64,000 nt of DNA from an uncultured Acidobacteriota bacterium (lineage in GTDB: Bacteria; Acidobacteriota; Thermoanaerobaculia; Multivoradales; UBA5704), in the NCBI GenBank assembly GCA_963770895.1, contig CAVYRF010000002.1, positions 1,792,001 to 1,856,000 of the forward strand, in the 5' to 3' direction. Under the pieces are notes generated by a model. It made no database searches, was not told the origin of the DNA, and saw only the letters and a list, made by a program, of their open reading frames with translations. Shown piece after piece: positions 38,293 to 47,852 of the stretch. How positions within the stretch are numbered: position 1 is the first letter of the stretch; every line of letters begins with the position of its first letter. The position numbers and the translations under genes are program-made.

Positions 38293-39129
38293 CTACGACA
38301 GATCCGTTCTAGTGAGATCCAGCAGGGCATTCCTGACAGCCCGGCGAAAGCGCCTATGTGCCTTTCCACTCCGGCCGTGCAGGACGAGGATCTTGCGATT
38401 TGCAAGGGTGTGCCGCAGAGCAGATTTCTGATCGAGATCGGACGCGCAGGAAGGGAACGGACCTTCGAACCATTCGCGGAGAGACGCTTCGTCCGCGATG
38501 AGGAGGAGTCGGGCGGGGAGGAGTTCTGGGAGAGTCTGCAATTCCCAGAGCAGGCCTTTGCCGCCAGGGCGCGATATGTCGATCACGGCGGCGTGGCAGT
38601 GCGGTGCAATGGATAAAATGAGAGGTTGCCAATCATCGTCACTCTGCACCTTGAGGCGCACGACCTGCTGCACGCTGAGCCACGCCTTGGTAGCGGGGCT
38701 CTTCGAAGTCACGGCAAGAACGCTCCGAGAGGCGAGGAATCGTCGCCAGGTGTCGGTGAAGAACAGGGCGCAGCCTCCGACCACGGTCGAGGCGATTTCT
38801 GCCCGCAGCCAGCGAGGGTGCCACAAGAATTCAACGCTCAAGAAAATGAGCGTTGACAAGGTAGTCAGGCCCAAGAACGGGGCTACAAGTTCGATGATCG
38901 AGATGGGGGTCGAGGCGGCGTCGGCCAGTGCGACGACCTGAAACGTCGTACCCAAGGCGTTGACGACGACGTCCTGGAATCTGGCGCCAGATGTGGCATC
39001 GTCGTTCGGGCGCAGGAAGAGGATCGTGCGGGTCTGGCTTGGTTTCGGCCAGCGGTGGTTCTCATTCAAGGGCCAGTCCAGCAACAGCTCGGGACCCGCA
39101 GGTGGTGTCGCAATCGACGTGAGCCGCAA
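38293..39129 (-). CDS. Hypothetical membrane protein, possibly 5'-truncated
   Basis: 278-aa ORF with lower GC than its neighbours, two hydrophobic segments, ILFLRP and GLLWEL motifs; weak TTG start. Confidence 0.5.
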   Translation of the reverse strand: MRLTSIATPPAGPELLLDWPLNENHRWPKPSQTRTILFLRPNDDATSGARFQDVVVNALGTTFQVVALADAASTPISIIELVAPFLGLTTLSTLIFLSVEFLWHPRWLRAEIASTVVGGCALFFTDTWRRFLASRSVLAVTSKSPATKAWLSVQQVVRLKVQSDDDWQPLILSIAPHCHAAVIDISRPGGKGLLWELQTLPELLPARLLLIADEASLREWFEGPFPSCASDLDQKSALRHTLANRKILVLHGRSGKAHRRFRRAVRNALLDLTRTDLS

Positions 39130-39220
39130 TGTGTGGAATGCCCTGAATGCCGCGATGGTTCTCAGGCCGGTGACGTGGCCGGCGTTGATTCCAGGCTGCG
39201 CCCCACCACGGTCTGGTGGC

Positions 39221-41293
39221 TCAATGCTCGGCGGCGCGGAGCAGCCGATCGAGGGTGGCGGATTCCACCGGCTTTACCAGGTGGACGTCGAAGCCGGCTT
39301 CCTGGGAGCGCTGCTTGTCTTCGTCGTGACCCCAGCCGCTGGCGGCGATGAGCAGGATGTGGCTGCCCCAGTCTTCGGCGCGGATGCGGCGCGCCAGGTC
39401 GTGGCCGTTGAGCTTGGGCATGGCGACGTCGAGCACCATCACGTCGGGGCGAAAGTCGCGCGCGATGGCCAGGGCCTGCTCGCCGTCGTGAGCGGTGCGC
39501 GTCTGGTGTCCCAGCAGGCTGAGCACCAGCGACAGGCTCTCCGCTGCGTCGACGTTGTCGTCCGCCACCAGGATGCGGCGGCCGGGGCTTGGCGGCGCGG
39601 TGGGGGCGAGCGCCGGCGCCGGGGAGGTGGCCGGCCGCGCCGCTGCCGTGGGCGCCAGCGGCAGGTGGACGCGAAATTCGCTGCCGGCGCCGGGTCCGTC
39701 GCTGTGCGCCTCGATGGTGCCGCCGTGCATCTCCACCAGCCGCCGCACGATGGTCAGGCCGATGCCCAGGCCGCCGCCGACCTGGGCGTGCGAGCGGTCG
39801 ACCTGCGCGAACATGTCGAAGATGCCGCTGAGCTTGGCGGCGGGGATGCCGATGCCGTTGTCGCGCACGGTGACCACCGCCGTTGCGCCGTCCTGGCGCG
39901 CCAGGGTGAGCTCGATGCGGCCGCCGTGCGGCGTGAACTTGGCGGCGTTGTTGAGCAGGTTGGCGAACACCTGCACGATGCGCGTCGGATCGGCTTCCAG
40001 CACCAGCTCTTCGCCGGGGAGCGTGACCGCCAGGGTGTGGCCGCACTGTTCGATCAGCGGCCGGCTGGTTTCGAGCGCGTCGCGCAAGGCGCCGGCGAGC
40101 GGCAGCCGGGTGCGCCGCAGGTCGACGATGCCGCGGTTCACCCGCGACAGGTCCAGCAGGTCGTCGATCAGCCGCACCATCTGAGCCAGCTGCCGCTCCA
40201 TCGTTTCCCGCGCCATCACCGCGACGTTGCCGTCGCCGGGAGCCATCTTGAGCAGTTCCAGGGCGTTGCGGATGGGAGCCAGGGGGTTGCGCAGCTCGTG
40301 CGCCAGGGTGGCCAGAAACTCGTCCTTGAGGCGGCTCGCGTCGCTCAGCTGCGCCGCGATCTGGCGAAAGCGGGCTTCGCTGGCCTGGAGGGCGACGTCG
40401 CCGCGCATGCGCTCGGTGACGTCGGCGCCTTCGACGAAGATGCCCGCCACCCTGCCGTCGCTGTCCTTGATCGGCTGGTAGACGAAGTCCACGTACCGCT
40501 CGCTGACCGCGCCGCCCGGCGTCGTCTGGACGGCGTACTTGGCGCCCCTGGCCACGTAGGCCGTGCCGCTGGTGAAAACCTCGTCGAGCAGGGTCAGGTA
40601 GCCCTGCTCCACCGCGTCCGGCAGGGCTTCGGCGACCGTCCGGCCCAGAACGGGCCGATGCCCGATCAGCTGCAGGTAGCTGGGATTGGCCAGCTCGATC
40701 CTGTGTTCGGCGCCGCGCAGCATCGCCATGAAGGTCGGCGCCTGTTCGAACAGCTGGGACAGCTGGTCGCGTTCCAGGGCCAGCCGGCGAGCCATGAGGA
40801 TCTGCTCGGTCGTCTCGGTGCAGACGACCAGGATGCCGCCGATGCCGCCGGGTGCGGTCAGCTCGTCGATCGGGCTGTAGCTGTACGTCCAGTAGACGTC
40901 TTCGCGCCGCCCATGGCGGGTGATCGGCACCAGGTGATTGACCTGCCAGGTGGCGCCGCCGCCGCTGGCGACCTGCTCGATCTGCGGGCCGATGATGTCC
41001 CAGATCTCGGCCCAGACTTCGCGCGCCGGCCGGCCCAGCGAGCCGGGGTGGCGCTCCGGTCCGATCGATTCCCGGTAGGCGTCGTTGTACAGGCAGGCCA
41101 GGTCAGGCCCCCACCAGATGTACATCGGGTGCCCGGTATTGAGCATGAGGCGCACCACCGTGCGCAGCGATTGCGGCCAGCCGGCGGGCGGGCCGAGCGA
41201 CGACGCGGTCCAGTCGTGCGCGCGCATCAACGCCCCCATCTCGCCGCCGCCGCTCAGAAAGCTGGGCTCGGTCGTCTCGGGTCCCACACTCAT
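39221..41293 (-). CDS. PAS-domain hybrid sensor histidine kinase/response regulator
   Basis: HDWTASSLGPPAGWPQSL N-terminus, PAS folds, H-box LAHELRNPL, NLLNNAAKFT, DNGIGI, GGLGIGL and a C-terminal receiver (LVADDN, LDVAMP, HLVKPV). Confidence 0.93.
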   Translation of the reverse strand: MSVGPETTEPSFLSGGGEMGALMRAHDWTASSLGPPAGWPQSLRTVVRLMLNTGHPMYIWWGPDLACLYNDAYRESIGPERHPGSLGRPAREVWAEIWDIIGPQIEQVASGGGATWQVNHLVPITRHGRREDVYWTYSYSPIDELTAPGGIGGILVVCTETTEQILMARRLALERDQLSQLFEQAPTFMAMLRGAEHRIELANPSYLQLIGHRPVLGRTVAEALPDAVEQGYLTLLDEVFTSGTAYVARGAKYAVQTTPGGAVSERYVDFVYQPIKDSDGRVAGIFVEGADVTERMRGDVALQASEARFRQIAAQLSDASRLKDEFLATLAHELRNPLAPIRNALELLKMAPGDGNVAVMARETMERQLAQMVRLIDDLLDLSRVNRGIVDLRRTRLPLAGALRDALETSRPLIEQCGHTLAVTLPGEELVLEADPTRIVQVFANLLNNAAKFTPHGGRIELTLARQDGATAVVTVRDNGIGIPAAKLSGIFDMFAQVDRSHAQVGGGLGIGLTIVRRLVEMHGGTIEAHSDGPGAGSEFRVHLPLAPTAAARPATSPAPALAPTAPPSPGRRILVADDNVDAAESLSLVLSLLGHQTRTAHDGEQALAIARDFRPDVMVLDVAMPKLNGHDLARRIRAEDWGSHILLIAASGWGHDEDKQRSQEAGFDVHLVKPVESATLDRLLRAAEH

Positions 41294-41403
41294 TCCTAAA
41301 TCCCTTTGTGATAGCAATTTACCTTACCACAACGAGACGGTGCGGGGCCGTGGCCGGGGTGCGCCGGCGACGCTTCGCGGAGTGCGCTATCGTCCCGAGC
41401 GAC

Positions 41404-43371
41404 ATGCCGACCACGTCGCGGGCCGCGCGGTCCGGGTCTCACGCCGGGTGGGGCGCTGCCGTGGTCCTGGCGCTCGGGATCGCCGCGTTCTACCTGGCGC
41501 TGACGCCGTGGACGACCGTCTGGGACCGCGACGAGGCGCGCTTTGCGCAGGCGGCCGGCGAAATGGAGTCCAGCGGACAGTGGCTGGTGCCGACGTTCAA
41601 CGGCAGCCTGCGCGCCGACAAGCCGATCCTGGCCTACTGGTTGATGGGCAGCTCGATGCGGTGGTTCGGCCGCGGCGCGGTGGCGGCGCGGCTATGGTCG
41701 CCGATCGCGCTGGCGGCCGCGGCGCTGGCCACGTTTGCGATCGGGCGCCGTCTGTTCGGGCGGGCCGGCGGTCTGTGGGCGATGGCGATCCTGGCGACGG
41801 CGCCGCTCAGCCTGGCCGAAGGCACCGCCGCGACCGCCGACGCCCTGCTGCTGGCGGCGGTCACCGCGGCCCTTGCCGCCTTCGCCGCCTGGCTGGTGCC
41901 GATGGCGCCGCCGGTCCAGCCGCCGGCCGCGGTCCAGCTGCCGGCCGCTGCCCGGTCGCCGGCCGCTTTCCGGTTGCCGGCCGGCGGCGCCAGCCTCTGG
42001 CAGCTGCTGGCGCTCGCCGGGGCGGTCACCGCGGCGCTGCTGGCCAAGGGACCGGTGGGCTTGGCCGTGCCGCTCCTTGCGATCGGCGGCACGCTGGCGA
42101 TCCTGGCGCGCGCCTGCCGGTGGCCCGCGGCGCCAGGCTCGGCGGAGAGCGCTGACGGCGGCGTCGGTGGCATCGGTGGCTTCAGCGCTGTCGGCGATTT
42201 TGACGGCATGGGCGGCGTCGGCGGTGTGCCGGCGCCCTGCGTCCTGCGCCGCTATGCCGTGGGCGCCGCGCTGGCCGCGCTGGTCGCCGTGGGCGGGTTC
42301 TGTGTCTGGGCGATTCCCGCCAACGCGGCGACCGGCGGGGCGCTGGCGCGCATCGGCCTGGGCACCCATGTGGTGGCGCGGTCGCTGGCCGCGACCGGAG
42401 GGCACGGCCGCAACGCCCTGCTCGCGATGGTCTACTACGTGCCGGTGCTGTGGGTGGGTTTCTTTCCCTGGACTCCATTGCTGCCGGCGGCCGGCTGCCT
42501 GCTTGCCGGCGGCCGCCTGGGCGGGGTGCGCGGTGGCGCGCTGCTCGGCGCCGGCGTGGTGCCGCTCCTGGTCCTCTTCACCCTGGTCGCGACCAAGCTC
42601 CCCCACTACGTGCTGCCGGCCTGGCCGCCGCTCTCCCTGGCGGTGGCGGGAGTCCTGGCCGCGGAACCCCGCCGCGCCTGGACGGCGCGCGAGCGCGCCT
42701 GGTTGCGGCGCGGCGTCTGGCTTGCCGCGCCCCCACTGGCGCTGGTCCTGGCCGCGCTGCTGGCGGGGGCGGCGCTCCCCTGGCTGGCGCGGACCCGGCC
42801 GCTGCCGCCGGCGCTCGCCGCCCTGGCCGCCGCGCCCGACGTCGCAGGGGTTTGCGCCGGCCTGGCCGCGGTGGTCGGTCTGACCTCGGCAGCCGCCCTG
42901 CGCTCCCAGTGGCGGGGCCGCGTGCGACGGGCCGCCGGCTTTTGCGTGGCGGGGTCGGCGCTCGCCGCGGCGGTGGCAGGCGCGCTGCTGGCCCCGGCAG
43001 CTGAGAGTCTCAAGCCGGTGCCGCGCCTGGCCCGCGCCATCCGCGCCGCGACGCCGCCAGGCACGCCGGTCGCCGCCTGGGGCTTCCAGGAGCCGAGCCT
43101 GGTGTTCGAGCTGGGCCGCTGGCCGATCGAGGAGCTGGCGGGCGACGATCCCGCGGCGGCGGTCCGCCGGTGGATGCGCCGCGCCGGCGCCGGCGTGCTG
43201 GTCCTGCCCCGCCAGGCGCTCGACCGGGTGCGCGCCGCCGCCCACGGCGCCCTGCCGGTTCGCGTGCTCGCCGCCTCCTCCGGCCTTGACGTGACGCACG
43301 GTCGCTGGCTCGACCTGGTGGCCGTCGAGCGCCTGGCGCCGCCGTCCGCGGCGCCGGCAGGGCCGCCTTGA
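41404..43371 (+). CDS. ArnT-like glycosyltransferase family 39
   Basis: WDRDEARFAQAAGEM, DKPILAYW, LAKGPVG and TKLPHYVLP; many TM helices. Confidence 0.85.
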   Translation: MPTTSRAARSGSHAGWGAAVVLALGIAAFYLALTPWTTVWDRDEARFAQAAGEMESSGQWLVPTFNGSLRADKPILAYWLMGSSMRWFGRGAVAARLWSPIALAAAALATFAIGRRLFGRAGGLWAMAILATAPLSLAEGTAATADALLLAAVTAALAAFAAWLVPMAPPVQPPAAVQLPAAARSPAAFRLPAGGASLWQLLALAGAVTAALLAKGPVGLAVPLLAIGGTLAILARACRWPAAPGSAESADGGVGGIGGFSAVGDFDGMGGVGGVPAPCVLRRYAVGAALAALVAVGGFCVWAIPANAATGGALARIGLGTHVVARSLAATGGHGRNALLAMVYYVPVLWVGFFPWTPLLPAAGCLLAGGRLGGVRGGALLGAGVVPLLVLFTLVATKLPHYVLPAWPPLSLAVAGVLAAEPRRAWTARERAWLRRGVWLAAPPLALVLAALLAGAALPWLARTRPLPPALAALAAAPDVAGVCAGLAAVVGLTSAAALRSQWRGRVRRAAGFCVAGSALAAAVAGALLAPAAESLKPVPRLARAIRAATPPGTPVAAWGFQEPSLVFELGRWPIEELAGDDPAAAVRRWMRRAGAGVLVLPRQALDRVRAAAHGALPVRVLAASSGLDVTHGRWLDLVAVERLAPPSAAPAGPP

Positions 43372-44903
43372 GCACCGCGCTGGCGGCGCCGCCGCCGGAG
43401 CCGGCGTCGTCGGCGCTGGCGGCACCGGCGGCCGGGTCCGACCGCGCGTTCTGCCGGCGCGCCTGGGTGCTCATCGGCATCCTCACCGCGGTGCGCCTGT
43501 GCCTGTGCGGCGCCTTTGAGCTGCAGGGTGACGAAGCGTACTTCTGGCGCTGGTCGCGCCACCTGGACTGGTGCTACTACAGCAAGGGACCGGGAATCGC
43601 CGTCCTCATCCGGCTCGGCACCAGCCTGTTCGGCGCCAGCGAGCTCGGCGTCCGGGTTGTGGCCGTGCTGGCCTCGGCGGGTGCAAGCCTGGCGCTGTTC
43701 CAGCTCGGGCGGGCGCTCGGCTCGCCGCGCATCGGCTTTCTGACGGTGGTCGTGGCCAACACCACGCCGCTGTGGAGCGCCGGCAGCCTGCTGGCCACCG
43801 CGGACATGCCGTCGATTTTCGCCTGGACCGCGGCGGCGCTGGTGTTCTGGCGCATCCGCGGCAGCTCCAGGCCGCTGCCGTGGGCCGGCCTGGGGCTGCT
43901 GCTCGGCCTGGGCACCCTGATCCGCTTCGTCGTCGCCGTCGAGCCGCTCGCCTTCGCCCTCTATCTGGCAGGCGATCGCACTTTGCGCCGGCGGCTGCGC
44001 GAGCCAGGCTTTGCGTTGATGATGGCGGCGCTGTGCGCCACCCTGGTGCCGATGGCCGTCTGGCAGCAGCGGCACGGCGGGATCACCTGGGCGCATCTGT
44101 GGGCGCGCGGCGGCTTCGACCGCCCCTGGGGCTTCCATCCGCTGGCTTTCGCCGAGTTTGCCGCCCTGCAGTTTGCGGTGGTGCTGCCGTATGGCGTCGC
44201 GGCGCTGGCGGCCTGGGGACGGCGGGCAAGGCAGGCGCTCGGCGACGACGCCTACCGCTACCTCTGCGCGCTCTCCCTGCCGCTGCTCGGCTTTTACGCC
44301 CTGCTCGCCGTGAACCGCCCAGGGCAGCCAAACTGGACGGGACCGGCCTACGTCGCGGTCGCACTGGTCGTCGTGGCGGCCTTTGCGTCACCCTCCGGCG
44401 GCTCGCCGGCGATCCGGCGCCTGGCCTGGGCGACGCTGATCCTGGCGATGCTGCTCACCGCCGGCCTGCACCTGGCGCTGTTGAGCGTTGCCCTGCCAGG
44501 CGACCACAACCCGCTGGCCCGGTTGCGCGGCAGCCGCGATCTCGCCGGCCAGGTCGCGGCAGCCGCGCGGCGCACCGGCGCGGCTTTTGTGATCGGCGAT
44601 CACTACCAGGTGGCGAGCTTGCTGTCGTTCTATCTGCCCGGTCATCCGGAGGTGTACACGCCCTGTGCCGAGCGGCCCGCCAACCAGATCGACCTGTGGG
44701 GAGGCTACGGGGAAACGCTGCTGGGACGGGATGCGCTCTACGTCAGCGCCGCAAGCGCCGTGCCGCCGGCCCTGGCGCGGCAGTTTGCGGCCGTCGAGCC
44801 GCTGCCGCCGTTCTATACCCGCTGGCGAGGCCAGCCGGTCAGCCGCTTCTACGTCTTCGCCTGCCGCCGCCTGGTGCGCAGCTGCGCCGGCGCCCGGCCC
44901 TGA
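43368..44903 (+). CDS. Second glycosyltransferase family 39 (ArnT/PMT-like)
   Basis: DEAYFWRWSRHLDWCYYSKGPG and NWTGPAY; multi-TM; TTGA overlap with the upstream gene. Confidence 0.82.
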   Translation: MSTALAAPPPEPASSALAAPAAGSDRAFCRRAWVLIGILTAVRLCLCGAFELQGDEAYFWRWSRHLDWCYYSKGPGIAVLIRLGTSLFGASELGVRVVAVLASAGASLALFQLGRALGSPRIGFLTVVVANTTPLWSAGSLLATADMPSIFAWTAAALVFWRIRGSSRPLPWAGLGLLLGLGTLIRFVVAVEPLAFALYLAGDRTLRRRLREPGFALMMAALCATLVPMAVWQQRHGGITWAHLWARGGFDRPWGFHPLAFAEFAALQFAVVLPYGVAALAAWGRRARQALGDDAYRYLCALSLPLLGFYALLAVNRPGQPNWTGPAYVAVALVVVAAFASPSGGSPAIRRLAWATLILAMLLTAGLHLALLSVALPGDHNPLARLRGSRDLAGQVAAAARRTGAAFVIGDHYQVASLLSFYLPGHPEVYTPCAERPANQIDLWGGYGETLLGRDALYVSAASAVPPALARQFAAVEPLPPFYTRWRGQPVSRFYVFACRRLVRSCAGARP

Positions 44904-44980
44904 GCGACGGCACCTTGCGCCCGCGCGGCCCCGCCGCCGGGCAACCTGGTCATTGCGCCGCCGGTCGTGGGCGGCCGGTT

Positions 44981-45820
44981 TCAGACGCCTTGCAGAGACG
45001 ACGAGCGGCGCAGCAGGCGCAGCGCCGCCAGCAGCAGCCCGCCCGCGAGCAGCGCCACCCCGAAGGCGCCGAGCGCCGGAACCTGGGCGATGGGAGCCTG
45101 CGCCGGCGCGATGACTGGGCTCTGGAAAAGGTCCGGGTCGGGAACTCCGTTGCCGTCCAGATCGAAGGCGATGCGCCCGCCCGCGGTGAGCGGCACGAAC
45201 ACCTGCGGGTCGCCGCTGCCGTCGCACGCCGACTTGGCGCCCAGCATCTCGGCCTGGCTCCAGGGGATGCTGATGAAATTCGGGATCCCCTCACCATTGG
45301 GGAAGTAGATGAAGGTGACGTTCATATTCAAGCTGCCGCCCGACAGCTCGAGCGTGTCGTAGACCCCGTTGTTGTGTGACGAAACCAGGGTGGCGGTGCC
45401 GCTCTGGTTGAGCGCAGCGCCGATGTAGTCCTGAAACAGGAAGCTGGTCGGCTCGCCCTGGGTATTGAAGCCGGTGATCGTCACCACCTGGGACCGTACG
45501 GGAGTGCCGCCGGTGCTGCGCGTGACCTGCGTGAAGACGCCGTTGCCGTTTTTGGCGCCCAGCGAAAAGGTGTTCTTCTGATTGCTGCAGTTCCACGGCG
45601 ATCCGATGGTCACCGTGTCGTTGACGCGCGTCAGCGAGATCGGGGAATCGGAAGGGCTGGGATACCCCAGACCGGCGCTGTCCACCAGCGGCGGATGGTC
45701 GGGGCCGACGAAGGGGCCGGGATTGATCTGTATCACCGCCGCCGCCGTGACAGGCAAGACCAACAGGCTCAGTCCGCCGAGCAGCAGGACCAGCCGGATA
45801 CGCGAAGACATGGTTCTCAT
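44981..45820 (-). CDS. Secreted protein with an IPTL-CTERM-like sorting signal
   Basis: Signal peptide; T/G/S/N-rich beta-type body; C-terminal QVPALG, TM helix and LRLLRR. Confidence 0.75.
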   Translation of the reverse strand: MRTMSSRIRLVLLLGGLSLLVLPVTAAAVIQINPGPFVGPDHPPLVDSAGLGYPSPSDSPISLTRVNDTVTIGSPWNCSNQKNTFSLGAKNGNGVFTQVTRSTGGTPVRSQVVTITGFNTQGEPTSFLFQDYIGAALNQSGTATLVSSHNNGVYDTLELSGGSLNMNVTFIYFPNGEGIPNFISIPWSQAEMLGAKSACDGSGDPQVFVPLTAGGRIAFDLDGNGVPDPDLFQSPVIAPAQAPIAQVPALGAFGVALLAGGLLLAALRLLRRSSSLQGV

Positions 45821-45994
45821 CGAAGAGCTCCTCCTCGCCGTCAGGTCCGGACCGCGATCGCAGCCGGCTTGCCTGGGCTCTGCCTGCGGTCTCCGCGGTG
45901 GCTCACGGCCGCCCGCGGGTTGAAGCAGGAGTGCCTAAACTGTTTTGATTGTGACGTTTCCCAGAATAGATGCTATCCGCCGCCGGGCGCGGCG

Positions 45995-47839
45995 TCAAGC
46001 GCCGGCCGCCAGCTGGTCGGAAAACAGGGCCCGAAACGGCGGGCATGCGGCGAGCAGCTCGGGCAGGGTGCCGTCGCCGGCGATCCGTCCGCCGTGCAGC
46101 ATGACGATCCGCGGCCAGCGCGCCACCGACGACAGACGGTGGGCCAGCACCAGCACCGTGCGCCGCGCCAGCCAGGGCGCCAGGGCGGCCAGGATCTCCG
46201 CCTCGGCGTCGCTGTCCAGGGCGCTGGTCGCCTCGTCCAGAATCAGCACCGCCGGCTCGCGGACGATGGCGCGGGCCAAGGCGATGCGCTGGCGCTCGCC
46301 GCCCGAGAGCCCCCGCCCGCCCTCCGCGATGGGAGTGGCGAGGCCGTCCGCAAAGCGGCTCACGCGGTCCAGCTGGACCAGCCGGGCCGCCGCCAGCAGC
46401 GCCGCGTCCGCGACCCCCTCGCTGCCGTAGCGGAGGTTTTCGCCCAGGCTGCCGCTCCACACCGCCGGGTCCTGCTCGACGACGCAGACGGCGCGCCGCA
46501 GCTCGTCCAGACGCAGCTCGCGCAGGTCCGTCCCGTCGAGCCGGATGCAGCCGGCCTGCGGATCGCCGAAGCGTGCCACGAGGCCGGCGAGCGTGCTCTT
46601 GCCGCCGCCGCTCTCGGCCACCAGGGCCGCCGCCGCTCCAGGTTCCAGGACCAGGTCCAGCCCCTCGAGCAGCGGGCGCTGCCGGTCGTGGCGGAAATGG
46701 ACGTGCTCGATGCGCACCTGGCCGCGGCACGGGCGCGGCAGGATCTCCGTCCCCTCCCGCTCCGCCTGTGGCAGATCGACGATCTGGTACACCCGCGCCG
46801 CCGCCGCCAGCGCCGGCTGCGCCAATCCCTGCAGCTCGGCGATCCGCCGCAGCGGCTCGGCGACCTGGGCCGCGTACAGGCAGAAGGCGAGGAGCGCTCC
46901 CGGCGTCGCCCGCCCCGACTGCACCTGCAGGCTGCCATAGGCGATGCTCGCCAGCAGCAGGCCGCCGGTCACCAACCAAACCGCCGCGATCAGCAGCCCC
47001 GAGCTGGTTTCGACCGCCACGGCGGTGCGCCGGCAGCGTTCGCTCGCGGCGCCGAAGCGGCGGCGCTCCGCGTTCTCGTTGCGATAGCCCTTGATGGTGG
47101 TCCAGCCGTGCAGCTGCTCGGACAGGACCGCGGTCAGCAGCGCCGCTTCGCGCCGCGCCCGCTCGCCCCGGCGGCGCAGCGTGCGGCCCATGCGATCCAC
47201 CAGCCACGCCACCGGCGGGACCGCCGCCGCGGCCAGCAGCGCCAGCCGCCAGTCCAGCCTCAGCATCAGCACCAGCGCGCCCACCGCGACCAGGCTTTCG
47301 CCCAACAGCCGCTTGACGACGTTGACCACGAAGCCGGCGAGCTGCGCGGCATCCTGCAGCACGCGCGACAGCAGCTCGCCGCTGTGAAACGCGCGCACCG
47401 TCCCGGTCTCCACGGCCAGCAGCCGGGCCACCGCTCGCTCGCGCAAACGGGCGAGCAGGCGCTGATCGGCGGCGCTGAGCAGGGCGCGGCTGACCGCCAG
47501 GGCGCCGACCATCAGCGCCAGCTCCAGGCCGCCCAGCAGCAGCAGGCGCCGGGCCTGGGGCGGCGCCGCGCGCAGCAGCGGCCCTTCCACCCACTGCTTG
47601 ACCAGCCAGGTCAGCGCCAGCTGTGCCCCGCCGGCCACCGCGGTCGCCGCCAGACCGGTGATCAGGAGCCCGGGCGACCGCGCCGCGTCGCGCAGCAGGC
47701 GGCCGAAGACTGGCGGCGCCGGCGGCTTGGGCGCGGCGACCGCCGGCGCCGCCTGCACCGCCGCCGCCACGTCACCAGAGACGGGCGGCGTATCCACGGC
47801 GACCGGGGGCAAGGCGTGTACCATGGTTTCTTGTGACAT
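45995..47839 (-). CDS. ABC exporter, MsbA-like (TMD plus NBD)
   Basis: AESGGGKST, LSGGERQRIALARA, ILDEATSALD and AHRLS; lipid A gene context. Confidence 0.85.
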   Translation of the reverse strand: MSQETMVHALPPVAVDTPPVSGDVAAAVQAAPAVAAPKPPAPPVFGRLLRDAARSPGLLITGLAATAVAGGAQLALTWLVKQWVEGPLLRAAPPQARRLLLLGGLELALMVGALAVSRALLSAADQRLLARLRERAVARLLAVETGTVRAFHSGELLSRVLQDAAQLAGFVVNVVKRLLGESLVAVGALVLMLRLDWRLALLAAAAVPPVAWLVDRMGRTLRRRGERARREAALLTAVLSEQLHGWTTIKGYRNENAERRRFGAASERCRRTAVAVETSSGLLIAAVWLVTGGLLLASIAYGSLQVQSGRATPGALLAFCLYAAQVAEPLRRIAELQGLAQPALAAAARVYQIVDLPQAEREGTEILPRPCRGQVRIEHVHFRHDRQRPLLEGLDLVLEPGAAAALVAESGGGKSTLAGLVARFGDPQAGCIRLDGTDLRELRLDELRRAVCVVEQDPAVWSGSLGENLRYGSEGVADAALLAAARLVQLDRVSRFADGLATPIAEGGRGLSGGERQRIALARAIVREPAVLILDEATSALDSDAEAEILAALAPWLARRTVLVLAHRLSSVARWPRIVMLHGGRIAGDGTLPELLAACPPFRALFSDQLAAGA

Positions 47840-47852
47840 CCGTGAGAGCTCG

